Origin: Botryllus schlosseri
Lineage: Eukaryota
Length of the DNA: 64,000 nt
Direction of reading: 5' to 3'
NCBI GenBank assembly: GCA_051294905.1
Contig: CM119371.1
Coordinates: 17,238,001-17,302,000, forward strand
Shown: piece by piece, positions 25,560 to 39,568 of the stretch
How positions within the stretch are numbered: the stretch's first letter is position 1
Layout of the letters: every line of letters starts with the position of its first letter
Position numbers and translations under genes: made by a program
The notes under the pieces: generated by a model
What the model was told of the DNA's origin: nothing
The model's database searches: none
Seen by the model: only the letters and a program-made list of their open reading frames with translations

Positions 25560-28110
25560 CTCATGAGCCGTGTTGATCACCCTATGGGTAGGCCTATAAA
25601 ACCATCGATGTAGGGAGTGATAATCTGCTGATTCAGGCCTGCTTGAACCAAATACTTTGTAGTGTAATATACTACATCAAATATTGCCCCCTCGGTAACC
25701 TTATGAGTACGTTAGGCCACATGACTCGAGTAGTTTTATGCAAACCAGATTACAAATTGTTTATTTCTAATTGTTTATGAAAACTTAAACGTAATTAAAT
25801 AGAATTGTATTAAGTGGGAAGAGCTCCCATTGTGTGAGTAAATTAGTCTATTGTCTGAATCATTTGACCATTGAATAAACTGAACAATTGAGCATATTTA
25901 TAGTCGTAATTTGCATTTCAACGTTTCTTCAGTTCTTATGTAGAGGAGTCTTAGAGGCAGCGTTACAGGCCTAATTGCAACGCGTACATACTTGATTGCA
26001 AAATTCTTTGAGCCGGTTTGATCTTGAAAATCAGTACTAAATGTATATTCTTGATTGGACGAGTGGTCCGTGAACCATGATGGGGTGTGAAGATATTACC
26101 AAAAGTCGAGCTGAAGCCTGTTCCGCGAGACACCAACAGCCTATCTCGACTTTCACCGTGCTGGGCAGGTCTCTTTATGATGAAATAATCGCAGCATTGT
26201 ATGCTCCTAACGAGCATGCAGCACAGCTCTGTAACTTATTTCGACAAAAATTTCCCAGTTTTTTTTTCAATCATTATTTCGAACAGTCTCACTAGCATAT
26301 GTTTGGTAATAATTGTGTATCGACTATTCTGATCATTCCCACAAAGCCGATACACTCTATTACAATTCCTGTTATGCCGACGAGAAAAACGGGCGACTAT
26401 CGTTTTATTCTTTTGCAAGACACCGCTTACGAGGATCAAGTCTGGATAAATTTTCAGCTCTTTGGTAGGTATTCTAGAGTTCACCTCAGTAGTGATATCA
26501 TCTGAGTTATAGATCATCCAGTCCGCGCTCCTGAGGCTATTTATGTTCGTCGCTCACCACCAGATTACTGCGATGCGTATTTACCGCTATTTATTGATAA
26601 CAACTTGCTTCCGAGAAATAAATAACATTTATTATACGTTATATAGTATTACATAATACTTTCTTGACATACTGGGCTGTTTTGTAAATTTCAATACCGA
26701 TTATTCATGTGTATTTAGCACTATGTTTTGATAATAGCTTGCTTACGAGAAATAAGTAACATTCAATATACGTTAGGGGTTAGATGATTAAATTTCGAAG
26801 CTTGATAATAACTTGCTTTCTAGATATAAACATTCAGAATATACATAAATTTCAAAAACTATGATGTCTATGCAAGACTATATTCGCCAAATATTCAATT
26901 ATTATGTGTATTTAGGACTTTGTATGTTCGCGGTTAATTTGAGCTCTTAGATAACACTCCTCAACGTTGAAGTAGGCGCGGTTTTTATGATAATATATAA
27001 TAGTGATTAGGAAGCAATATATTCACTGATTAATTAATGTAAAATGCGAATTTGAGTGGAGAAAGATCGTGGTTTCGATTTCCGAGGTCTCCGCCTTTTA
27101 AGACTTAAATATCAGCTCGCAGTATACCTTAGTAAGACTTCATACTGGCTTCATTTTTGAATGTCCAGTATAACGGTAATTAAATCAGTACTAATATGCC
27201 AACGGACTAGCCGCAGGCGCGCGATTCTCGGAGCTATAATAGGCCTTTTACAGGACTTCGATCACGTGACTAGATACGCCCAGCAACCACAAATTGGTTA
27301 GCAAGCTACTTTCTCGCTTACCTGCTTCAGTGCTTAATATCGCATAGTGCACTGTTGATTTCTGGTTGTAAACGTTTCGGAATTTTGTTGTAGAAGTCAT
27401 CAGAGATTCACCTATGCTAGATGTCAATCCTGTACAATTATGTACAATTATTTCGCTGTAGAGCCCCTCCTAGTAAAAGCGACTACGGTTTTAGATTACT
27501 TTTAGTAGTACTTAACAGTTTCAGATTTAGATAAAATTCGGAATATAAAGTAATCGAAAAATTCCTGATACGCTATATCTGAGTTTAAAAAATTATTCAC
27601 CCTGATGAGTCGAGATGATGGTAATTAACTCATGTTTTCGATAGTATAGGGAAAGCAGGCAAAACTTATATTTGAGTACTGCGAAATGTGCAAGTACTTT
27701 ACCTTTACACGACGTTTTGTAAAATGAATACTAATTTTAATAAAAAATAAAAAATCTCGAAAAATTATATTTTATCCCGGAACACAGCAAGAAAAATCTT
27801 ATGAATTTTGTAAAGTAGATAGAAAACTACACTATTCCGATGCACTAAAGATTTTTTACAATCTTTATTTTTGTAGTATATTGTAATTTTACATTGCGGA
27901 GTATTCGGTAAACTTTAATCCAGTGGTCCTCTATCTATTTTCAATCATGACCCCATTATTATTCTAGGCTTCGAACCCCACACCCAGTACGTTTTATAGG
28001 GATTAATATTTTTAGACTCAAATATAGCGTACCGAGACTTCATGAAACTTACTTGGAAATAGTTACTTCTACCCTAATTTATAATATTTCTCACATATCG
28101 TAGCAATGGA

Positions 28111-28194
28111 ACTGGGTTGGCCGAGAGGTTAATGCGTTGGACTTAAGCTTCAATGGGAAAGTGTTCACGCGGGTTCGAGCTCCTACACCTAGTA
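28111..28194 (+). tRNA. tRNA-Leu(UAA)-like gene, probably a pseudogene
   Basis: Acceptor ACTGGGT/ACCTAGT, D-arm TGGCCGAGAGGTTAA, anticodon arm TTGGA-CTTAAGC-TTCAA, long variable arm, GGTTCGA and downstream TTTT. The T-stem is imperfect. Confidence 0.7.
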
Positions 28195-28339
28195 CGTTTT
28201 ACCGGGATTAATATTTTTAGACTCAAATATAGCATATCGAATACTTTTTCGAGCGCATGAGAGACTTTTACACTATTGATTTCGTAAGCTTTCTAAAGTG
28301 TAGATGTTACAAGTACTTCCCATAAATCCGACATACTTG

Positions 28340-29050
28340 TTCGCTCGAGTTAATGCCGTAGCTCTTGGATCATAGGTTTTCGACAATATCCAACATGCGG
28401 GCTCATTTCGAAGGGTGATTTGTAAAACTGAAATATCGCACGGTGGGACTTCGCAAATTTCGCTTTATTTTTGCTCGAACTCAACCAATTGGTGTTCCAA
28501 TTGTGGAATATACAATTGCGCTGTCCCAGCACTCCCAGCCAGGGTTGTATTGATTTGGTTCGGACTCGAGTCACCATTTTTAGTTAACTCGACTTGAGTA
28601 AAATCATTGTCATAAAAATGGAGGATGACTCGATCCGACTTATTGAGTAACTTGGTGTATTCATTCAACTTGTACTTGACTTAATGTGCATGACTCTAGA
28701 TTATACCAATACTTGAGAAATAGGTCTTTGAACTGTCTTTTATCTGTTTGCATAGGCAATTATGCATCTTAAGAGTGGGAAAATGAGAATATTATGAATG
28801 CCATACCTTCGATATCACCAAAGAGTTTTAAAATATTGACTTGGACCTGATGGGACGTCGACAATGAACACTGAACAGTGATCCCTATGACTTAGGCTCG
28901 GAATCGAATCCAAGCACTATGACTTGGAATCGACCCGTTGCTCCCTGACTTGAACTCGATATTACCTTGGTGGTGAGTCGAAATTGAATCGACTTCACTC
29001 GGGTCAAAACTATTAAAGTAATATAGACTTGTTTTTTGGTTATAACCCTG
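28340..29050. mobile_element. Decayed GACTCGAGTC-rich MITE
   Basis: GACTCG arrays ending TTGGTTATAACCCTG. Left boundary approximate. Confidence 0.5.
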
Positions 29051-29701
29051 CAAGTTGCACCACCATATATATTTCCATTTCATTGGTGGCAGACATTACA
29101 ATTCGATTGATTATACGATTGATTAAATAAAAGAAAAATTATTCAAATTGAAATAATACCTTTGCGATCACCATGAAACTAACACGAAAACGGGTCGCGG
29201 ACTACTTTTTAAATTTCATACAGGCCGCTGGCCGCAATAATTCGACATCGAGATAAAATAGACCACACAGATTAAAAACCACGTAGTTAGAACTTTATGC
29301 CATTACAACGCTGTGCAGTCTAACATGGATGGCGAGCATATCTATCACAATAAAAATTGTAATGAAGAAATGCAAATGCAGCAACAAATCATTACCATCA
29401 CCTTCATTCTCTTTTAACGATGGGCGGTGAACGGTAGGCTAACCCCGAACTAATTCTCAGCGGCAGCTAAAGAATTAAAATTGGGGTTAGCGGGAAAAGA
29501 ATGTTCTCGTATTGTTTGATCTTGTGATCCAGTCGTTTTCTATATGAGTTTGGTGTTGGCAGTGTCTGTGCCAGTGCACGTCAAGGCAAAACACCCGGTC
29601 ACTAATTTATATCAACAAATTATTCCTCTATGGACTGCTAATATCAACACCATTGCTGAAGCTGTATCAGTTTGAGGATTAGTGATGCTGGAACACTAGA
29701 A

Positions 29702-30621
29702 CAGTGGCACCCAACCCGTGGTCCGCGTACCACTAGTGGTACGCGAAGGTCTTCCAGGTGATACGCGAGTAAAGTATAGTCGAAATCTGTTTTTTATTCG
29801 ACCGAAAAGAGTTATTAGCTAAGGTGGGGTTGAATACAAAGATTGTTCTCCCTTAATCTTCAGGCTTACCGTGGCCTCCTCGTACTCGACTCTAGCTTGT
29901 CACGCTATTCCCCAGCTGCTAATTTTCCCTTCTACGTGAGAGTGCGAGCATGGATTTTCATCTCTGATGACTATCAAGTCAAAGAAACGAAACCGACTAC
30001 TTGCGCGCATGCATGACTTTCGATGCGCTGTGAGCAAACATATGCCACGCATCGAACAGCTACTTCAGTGTTTCTTTAACTGGGGGGGCACGAAAGCATC
30101 TGAAGGGGGCGCGAAGCTTCGGCAAACTGAAAAATCCAATCCATTGTTTTTGCTCTGTGTATAGTCCTATTTGCATATTTAGTAATTCTCTTGGCAACTG
30201 TCATAACCTTCCACGCCATCAAATTATTCGTTGGGGTTGCTAGCATTCTGGTTGCATTTTGTGATATAATTAACGGGGGCGTGTCCAAAATAGTTTGAGA
30301 ACAGCTGAGCTAGCGGAAAATAAGCAAATGCAGCCATCGCATTGAAACAATTGACATTTATTGTTAGTTGTTTGCTGTTATTTCAATATTATTATGTTGT
30401 CCTTCTTGTGACTGGTGGTGAAAAAACAGTTCCATGCATCCCATTAACCATGGCTGAAAATGCCTAGTTGAATAGTATTTGTTATTAGGTCTCACGCACA
30501 TCAAATACGTCATTATGACGTCATAAACGATGGAAACATTTTGACCGCCTTAAGCGGTGGTACGCGATCACTGCATAAACCTCGAAATGGTACGTGGGTG
30601 AAAAATGGTTGGGAACCACTG
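29702..30621. mobile_element. Buster/Charlie-like MITE
   Basis: CAGTGGCACCCAACC...GGTTGGGAACCACTG. Perfect TSD CACTAGAA. Confidence 0.9.
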
Positions 30622-30795
30622 CACTAGAACAAATTCTTTTCACCAACAATCACAATATTTTGAAACTGAAATCAATTTCAGAATTTCAAAATGCTTTACT
30701 TAACGTTTTTTCGAAATCTTTCTATGGAACAATCCCCGACTATCATCAAAATCAAGGAAAAAATTTATATTGCCAGGTGACTGTTCCTTTTTCAG

Positions 30796-30936
30796 GTGGA
30801 CGAGCTAGCTTGCAGTGGCTACTGCATTGATTTATTGCAACTGATCTTGGAGAATGAATCGCGATACCTAATTGTTTGTACGATACGATCAGATATTGGA
30901 ATTGAAATCGACTTTAAGCGTAAACAAGACAATACG
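30796..30936 (+). CDS. Phase-0 exon (VDELACSG...KQDNT)
   Basis: CCTTTTTCAG acceptor, ACG|GTGAGA donor, 47 codons. Starts like the 17446 exon (VKELTCPG). Confidence 0.72.
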
Positions 30937-31839
30937 GTGAGAGAAATGCCTATTAGAATACTCGACGGAAATTATATATAATATTGTTTTGAGGCATTAA
31001 AAGATACAGGATGATTTTCTTCCAAAGATCCAAACTGCCTATGTTAACTTGAACGAGTTTATCATTAATAATATATCTATCATTCTGACTTGAACGAGTG
31101 CGTTTACCATGCTAATTCCTCTCCAATTTGGGTATAAAATGGAACAGATACCGCCCTACATATCCGCTCGATAACAAGTGAAAGTTGTAATTTCTAACAC
31201 ATGTAAAAATACTTCTTCAAGTGGAAGAAGAAAATGAAATATCCGAAATGTACCGAAATCAGTGCTACGTCTATGCAGGAGAGTGTTGCATACTTTTAGC
31301 GGTGACTCTGAGGTGGCTACACGAAATCGCAAGACTTATCGTCTATAATTGCACTACTCCTTGGTGGATACTTGGAAAATAAATTCAGTTACCGTGATTC
31401 AGGGTCTATTTCCCGCCTTTTAATTGATAATATTACTCATGACAGTTGTGCAATCTTAACCCTAAAGTACCTCATACTTTTCAATATCCAAATTGCAAAA
31501 GTAAATAGTAGGCTATATACAAAATACTGTTCAGGTTGAATTGGAATTAGTCTAATCCGAGACTACTTAAGGAAGTACTGCAAGTAGGTCAAATCTACTT
31601 GAGCAACCTAAAGAAGTAGTAATAATGGACATATCTGTTATCTCAAAAACGTAATATGTTGGGAAAAAAGCCAGATTCGGATTTAGCGCCCAAAATTGAG
31701 TCATATTGATCCTAAGAAATCAGAGCTCAAAAATCGTGTCAACCATTGTTAAACTTTCTGAACTAGCAGGCCTATATAATTTTTCATGGTGAAAAACTTT
31801 AATGCGATAATTTGCATTGATACCATGTTTACTGTGCAG

Positions 31840-32010
31840 ATTAAAGAAGTATTAATCAACAGTATGAGCGTAGAATCGTTGCTCTATATCAATACTTGGA
31901 TGGAACGAATTAAAAGGCAGGAAGATCGCTGCTGGAATTGGATTTTCCATGTCAATATTTGTTACTTTGGAATTCGCGCAATATTGGAGCATGCTGAAAG
32001 ATCGAAAAAT
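31840..32010 (+). CDS. Phase-0 exon (IKEVLINS...ERSKN)
   Basis: TGTGCAG acceptor, AAT|GTATTG donor, 57 codons. Confidence 0.6.
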
Positions 32011-32389
32011 GTATTGACCTACGGCACAATGATCTCGAACGTAAGCATATGGCTTATTATTCCACGTTCAATATTAGATCTAGGTAGAATATGTGGTGCT
32101 TATGGACGATTCTCTTCACTTGCTACAAGTTTTCGGTTAATCCGCAATACCTAAAATGTCGACAGAAGGTCTTGCGTGAATTTTATTCATGTCGATTATA
32201 TTATATGGCAAGGATTCAAGTACAACTACAGCTTCAATATTAGGGCTCGTCAATAAATTTCAACGAAATAGCCATACATATCATCTGAATATTAAACTTA
32301 TAGTCATGGCGCAATAAATGTGTAGTAGCATTCAGTTTTTTTTATTGCTCATTCCATTAGTTAGCAACGACTGCGAAAATTATTTTCAG

Positions 32390-32533
32390 ATATCATCAGT
32401 GAATGTCAATGTACCTTTCAATGTCGAAGTACTCAAAGCCTGCAATAAGCTGCTACTTAGAGGGCGGATTGGAGAGATGGTTTTTCACGATAAATTCAAC
32501 TTCACAACACGGCGATGTGTTGGCGAACGTGAT
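32390..32533 (+). CDS. Phase-0 exon (ISSVNVNV...GERD)
   Basis: TTTTCAG acceptor, GAT|GTACGG donor, 48 codons. Confidence 0.6.
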
Positions 32534-33707
32534 GTACGGTTTTCGTCGAACTTTTCAAAATAATCCTATAGCAATACAAATCTGTATGCTATACCTTTTA
32601 TATATCTGACACAAATACTTTTATATTCGACATCCAACCCAACTCCCATTTGCAAAAAAATCATGAATGTATGTTGGATCCGATCACGGCCATAATCAAT
32701 AAATCTGCATTTGCAAAGTGATGAATTTGAAATCTACCTGCTACTATAGTTTACAAAGAATTCAGCTTGAAGCACTCTACAACTAATGCTTCAGTTCTTC
32801 TTTCTTTGATGCAAATCGGGTTTTATGACATTTTAGAGCGAAATATAACGGTAATAAATATGTGACTTGCTACAATCTGAAAGCATTCCTGAGTATAAAA
32901 TAATAATAATTTAAGTTTAGAGCAGTGATTCCCAACCGCGGCCCGGCTAGCCATCTTGCGGCCCCCACCAAAATATTGAAAAATCGATTTATTAACAAAA
33001 AAATTATATTTATAAAATACTCTTGCTTGGCTTGGAGTCTGGAGTTTTCAATTAGGATTCTAGGAAAGTTGTGAGTAGACTGCTAAGATTACGTCACTGC
33101 TGTTTCAATGCAATAAGCCCTAACTTTCCTGTTGAACGGGCAGTACCTATAGATATAGGTATAGATATTGGTATCGACATTTTAGAGCGAAATATAACGG
33201 TAATAAATATGTGACTTGCTACAATCTGAAAGCATTCCTGAGGATAAAATAATATTAATTTACAAATAAAATTAATACACCTCAAAATATAGTTCAAATT
33301 ATTGACTCGGCACGCCGCAATATTTTCTTCCTCTCATTTGGGCTACTAGGGAAAAAATGCCACGCCTGACCTGGACTTATGCAGGAAGAACAAAATTGAT
33401 TTGCGTCAATATCGTGACATCTAATACACGCGTTTCCAGCAAAGTTTTCACATAATGTCCGTTCCACACGTGCAAGAAGCTTTTAAGGATTCGTACCATC
33501 CTGATTTCTACCATGTCACAACTATTCAATTTATAAATAAAAGTTTATTGTGACTTGTATCTAGCTATTTTACCCGAAATGCCTTCATGAGACCAGTCGT
33601 TTTATCTCCATAATTTTATGACAACCGTGATTGATGTCCCAATTGCTTTCGACGACCACCCGGAAATATTGATCCGGAAAAATGTGAACGTTGATGTAAA
33701 ATTTCAG

Positions 33708-33890
33708 GGAGAATTATTCGGCCATATCGACTACATCACAGTGAGAGGACTGGAAGACTTGCTGAATTCGCTAGCGTTACATTGTCCGAAAATGATGGAA
33801 GTTCACCAATGTGAAATTGCAGTTAACCAGGACGACATTCGTGAAATGCTTCGCAAAATGACGGATAAAGCTATGTACAAACGAATAATG
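33708..33890 (+). CDS. Phase-0 exon (GELFGHIDYITV...KRIM); may begin further upstream
   Basis: ATTTCAG acceptor and ATG|GTATGC donor. The frame is open from before 33618. Confidence 0.6.
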
Positions 33891-34455
33891 GTATGCTACA
33901 TTTTCAGCATTTTACTGAACACTTGTGCGAAGTGCGGCCCGCGGCCAAATGTGGCCTGCGAATCTATTCTGTGCTGCCCGCGAAAGGTTGTTTGGAAGTC
34001 AAAACATAGAACTTGCTGTTTTAATGACTAAAACCATAGGCTGTATCAAATGAGCAGGAAATTCGTTTTCTGTGAAGCTTGTTCATTAATATGCCACGAT
34101 TGCGCTGCCTACGTACCCCACATGGGATTCAAAATAAAGGCAATGTGGCAAAATAAAAGTGGCAAAAAATGACAAAGAAATCACTCTTTTCATGAGGTAC
34201 GTGATGCATTTCCAAATCTCTTCCAAATCTCTCTTTGCGGCCCCCACCAAAATATTGAAAAATCGATTTATTAAAAAAAAATTATATTTATAAAATACTC
34301 TTGCTTGGCTTGGAGTCTGGAGTTTTCAATTAGGATTCTAGGAAAGTTGTGAGTAGACTGCTAAGATTACGTCACTGCTGTTTCAATGCAATGTGCCCTA
34401 ACTTTCCTGTTTAACGGGTAGTATCTATAGATATAGGTATAGATATTGGTATTGA

Positions 34456-35766
34456 CAGGACCGTAACTGCCGCACCCCAACCACCCCCTCCCAATTGGGG
34501 GGAGCGAGCTCGAAGGGTGCCCAAAATTATTTAGTGAATTAGCATAAATTAATGAGTATTTTATGAAATTTTATGCAACTTTTTCAAAGATTTTTCGCGC
34601 AGCGCGTGATTTCAAGTTTCCAAGTAACTTTATTATTGGGTATTCTTCGACCAAGATAAAATACGAAAGATTTATAGAAGTGGACATATCGGCGTTGGCT
34701 ATTACCGCACCACGACGCACGAAGACAAATAAAGTTTTAGGCCATGTAACATGCGACTCCAAGAAGTGTGCCAGAACGATCGGCAGAGAGAAACCCTTGG
34801 CCGAAAAGGACTGCCCTTACGCTGACCGAAAAATTCGTTATGTATATTCACAATACATACAGGTATAATTGACCATAGGCGCCTAAATGATTGGCGCCGA
34901 ATGTTCCTGTCTTGGCAATTGAAAGTCACGAGACAAATAGGCTACGATTCCGCAGGGAAGAATTATATGCAAGGGAAGAACTACCAATTTGAAATCGTGT
35001 GCATCTTTTAGTATGTTTGGGCGATTCTATATTTCTTGATATACCATACTGGAGGTCACCAAATAACAAATACCATATTGTAACGAAGTCGTACCAACGG
35101 GTCCGCCCGTCCGAATATGTTTAATTATTATTTACGGGCCCTACAGTTTTCAAGACACCTCACTCAGCTCTACCGGTAAATCTGATTACGTGAGCAGAGA
35201 GGACAAGTAATTGATAGCAATATATATGCAATTCCCGATCTTATTGACCTATTTCATTTTGAATTTTCGAAAATTTTCGCGCTCCATGCTGGCTCACTAA
35301 ATGGGGATCCTGATTTCTTGGCAGAAGCAAACAACGACATGGGGGGGGCGGTTTATCACCCTATGGGAGCTCAAGACCCAAGGGTTTTGGGGGGCCTGAC
35401 GAAGTGCTGAATCTTTCCTGCCAACGGGTATACGTCCGAAGATGTTTAATTATTATCGAGTGGTCCTACGTTTTCAAACACCACTGACTCGGCTCAACCG
35501 GTCAATCTGATTATACGTGAGCAGGGAGAGGATAAATATTGATACCAGTATATATGCAATGCCCGATTATATTGACCGATTCAATCATGAATTAGAGATT
35601 AGTCGCGAGAAGCGACCTAAAACTGACACCCAATTTTGATGATAAATAGGGGTAAACAGACATCTAGCGTGAGGGGGTCTGGGGGCTTCGAAGTTCTGTT
35701 CATCGCCCAAGAGAAACCTCTTTTTAATTTTTTTGGGGGGGCTGACGAAGTGCTGTTACGGCCATG
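34456..35766. mobile_element. hAT MITE (CAGGACCGTAAC TIR)
   Basis: Ends GTTACGGCCATG. Perfect TSD GGTATTGA. Similar right ends at ~40505 and ~46715. Confidence 0.85.
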
Positions 35767-38642
35767 GGTATTGATAACTGATTTACGGATAGATGTGCAA
35801 CAATTGACTCACGATTGAATACGCCGAGATGCGTACTGCTTAGCCGGCAAAAAGCAGCCTAATTGGTAGTCCTATAGCTCGCGACCCAAGCGTCCGAATA
35901 GTTTGATATGTTGGTGTTTATCGAAACCAAGTGTCGCACTGATTCCAAAAATACGAATTGAAATCTCGCCAGGGCAATAAAACTACTCCGAAATAGTCAG
36001 CAAAGGTTTATTGTTCTGAACAACGGGAGCGCTGCAACACAGTGGCCAGTGGCGTCAAGCGAATGATAGGAACAATGCCAATTTTCATATTTTGGTGACT
36101 ATTTTGGGTTCCTTTCATTCCCTTGGTATTCGTGCGGTCCCGGCCGTACTCTGAAATTCTAAATTTGGCCCTGCCACCGAAAAAGGTTGGGAATCACCGG
36201 TTTAGAGCAATAAATATTTGTATGCTCGAATCAGGAGTAAACCCCCTTTCAGTTTGTGCCGAGGATGTCGCCGAGAATAGGTATCTTAAGTTAAGTGGGT
36301 TTTATGACAGAAACACGAAACACTCGGTCAAGAGAAGGCGAATTTGAAAAATAGCCGCAAGCTTCACTCAACATCCAGGCGATTTAGGCTACATACTGCT
36401 CGGAAGGTAGCGACCAAGAGAACAAGCTTTGTATTATTGCATATACATTTCAGTGTAGTAGTTCTCGAACTGCGAACCATGAAAGCGGCACAGTTTTTCG
36501 ATTTTTTCCGCACTTCGCGCGATCTATCCTAAGATTATACTGCATGCTACGTGTCTTGTCTGACTTTTATATTTCAGAAATTTTTCAGGCGTGCTTAAAA
36601 CAGTTTGAGAAACAACCTGTTAGAGTATTAATAGAAGAACGTCAATAGGGGATTAAAGAGAGTTACTAATGTATCATGTTTAACATTGTCTCGAATTATG
36701 ACGGCAAATAGATATACCGTATATATACCGTCACTTTCTCGTTACCTAACGTGAACACATTCACCGAGCAGCATTTATTACCAACGTAATTTGGAAATAA
36801 AATGAATATACGCTAGGTAATGTAGGCAAAATTTCTCATTCGGCCCGCCGACTTATTTTTACTTCCCATTTGACCCGTGGAGCAAAATAATTGTCCACCC
36901 CCGACTTAGAGCTACGTATAACACAGTAAATGAAACAGTGTGATCACAACCTCACATGAACGTTACATATTATGAGTTGCTTTGTTTGGAATACATCCAT
37001 GTTAAATTTATTAACTGGGTACAGTAATTAATTCAATCGAGCAGATATATGCATCCCATTCTCAGCTGACTTACTTATTGTTATACAAAGCACCAAGACA
37101 AAATCCAATGCCATTCGGTGAGCTCGATGGGTGCCCTAAATTATTTCGGCGAATGAACATAACTTACGCATCATGTTTTGACGACTCCACCACGGAAGAA
37201 TACTCATAATTATCGAAAATAGAAATAGGCATTTCGGCGTCAGCATTACCACGCCAGTATGCACGATGATATATGAAGTTCCTGTCAGTATGGGACTTCG
37301 AGAAGTGTGTCAGAAAGATCATCAGCGAGAAAACCTTAGCCGAAGAGGATTGCCCTTATGTTGAACGTGAACTTCGATGTATCAGTCTAATTGTCTATAT
37401 GTGCTTGAATCACTCGTGCCGAATTATCATTTCGTCGCAATCTGCAACCCACATGAAAAATAACATACATCAGAGAAAAATTATTTGCCAGTGAAGAAAT
37501 ACCAATTTCGAATCGTGTGCTTACTTAAGTTCACTGATTTTCAACCTGTGTGACGGTTCGCACTAGTGCGAATGAAAAAAATTTCAGTGCGAATGACGAG
37601 CGTGGTGCCAATGGTGCGAATGAAAAATCCGGATGAGTGCGAATGAAAATTGTCCATGTTTCTCACATTTTCCGACGTGGAATAATTCAAAGAAACACGA
37701 TATAAGTACAATGAGCCCGTAAATTTTGTCGTTTTGGAAGCAATTCTAAAAACTTGTTGGTAGCTAGGCTTTTCTAGTTCACAAGTGAGGAACGTTCCCG
37801 ATGCGTGCATAATGCAAAGTTTGAGATAATATTTCCGCACGAGAGGATTACATCACTGCATGGAAAAAAGAAGGAGTTGAATCGGTATCAGTTGCTCACT
37901 TGCTCGGAAACATCCACCGTGTATGGATATTGTATACGGGCCTTGTATGAATGTAGTAGGTAATAGTAGCTGATGCCAGTGTTGATATTTGGCATATTGG
38001 AATGCAAAATATTGGAATTTTGGCACATATTCATGTTGATTAACAGCAGAACTTAGCGTTTCTTCAACTATAACAATTAGCACATTAGATCTATAACAAG
38101 TGTTGTTAACTCGTGTACCTAACCAAGGATTAGAGGCCAGAGAGACCAGTGCCAAGGCCTGTTTGTAATGCGAACTCCACAATTTAGGCTTAGACACGCT
38201 TTCCTGTTCTTGGACTGATGATCTCAGGCCAAGTCTAGATCGTAAGCTTAATTAGACTGTTGAACCTAATTAGTCTTTATGTATAAGGATATGTGGGAAA
38301 GTAGAGATAATTTGGCATTATTTCAGTCAGTTTTCCAATATTGTACGATTGACCTAAGAGCCATCCCCGCCGTTGACTACCCGGGCCGATATAACTGTGT
38401 GTTAATCATGAATCTTATGTAAGTGATAATTATTCAAGGTGGTGAAAGTGTTGGCTTTGACAACACAAGGATCCCGAACGTTGTTATTGAAAGATAAGTT
38501 GATTTGTGTACTGCATAGATAAGAAGTGACTGAAGCCTAAGCTTATCTATAAACAAGAGTCATCAATTACTCGGATTGTGTGGGTTTGTATAGCAATGCA
38601 TTCCTGATTTTAACGCCCACCGTACCATCCAATCGTCTAACA

Positions 38643-39215
38643 CAGGGGCGGCAACTTCTCCAGTCGGCGGGCCGGATATAGGAAAATTAAATAGGCGCAC
38701 TTGGCGGGCCGGATTGCTGAATCGATACAATATTCGCCCATTTATCCTCATATACAAGAAATAAATCGTATTTAATTAATGTATTTTAACGACAGCAATG
38801 TCACTTCAAAGCCATTTCTCGCCGATAAGTGACTAAGACAATGTGGATTTGAGAACAGCATTGTCATACAGCCGCCGCCATGTCTGCTTCTCTCTGATCA
38901 ATGATCATTTAACACACCGTGCAATCCTTAATTAGATTTCAAGGCATTCGTTAAGACCGGTACCCCAAATTACCCAATATATTAATTCATTGGGTTTGAG
39001 AACATCGTTGATGCCAATATTGCAAGTCTCGCTTCGACGAACGCACGCAGCGCACATACGTATATAATAACATACAGTCACTAATACTTATTGACGTTAA
39101 GCAAGTATAAGTGCGGAATTTCGGCAGACTTGGGCCGCGGGCCACATTATCATATAAAGCGGGAAACTGTCCGAGGGCCGGATCCGGCCCGCGGGCCGTA
39201 TGTTGCCCGCCCCTG
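38643..39215. mobile_element. Buster-like MITE (CAGGGGCGG TIR)
   Basis: Ends GTTGCCCGCCCCTG. TSD GTCTAACA/GTCTATCA. A partial relative lies at ~54910-55542. Confidence 0.82.
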
Positions 39216-39224
39216 GTCTATCAT

Positions 39225-39568
39225 TAGGGTTACCATATTTTGGAATCGGGAAAGAACGACACTATTTCAAAATTTTCGAACACAGAATATCAGTGGAAAA
39301 TCCCGAAAAAGTGGTAAATTTTTACCACTTCGTAGTCGGTTGACTAAAATAATAAAGAAGAAACGGTCAACTTTCGCTCAGCTCCCGAAATACCCACCGG
39401 AGCTGATTTACGGCATCTCAATCGAATTTTGATATAAATTTGACCAAAAGTCCTAAAAAAGAGGACGAAATCTCAAAAAGGAGGACATTTAGGCGTCATC
39501 GAAGGACTTTTTCAAAAACCGGAAAAAGGAGGACAAATCCTCCTAAAGGAGCACGTATGGTAACCCTA
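39225..39568. mobile_element. MITE family C
   Basis: TAGGGTTACCATA...TATGGTAACCCTA. TSD TCTATCAT/TCTAACAT. Confidence 0.87.

Larger units (their letters stand above)
32923..36199. mobile_element. Buster-like TIR pair enclosing duplicated DNA and an exon
   Basis: CAGTGATTCCCAACC...GGTTGGGAATCACCG. Perfect TSD GTTTAGAG. Confidence 0.82.
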
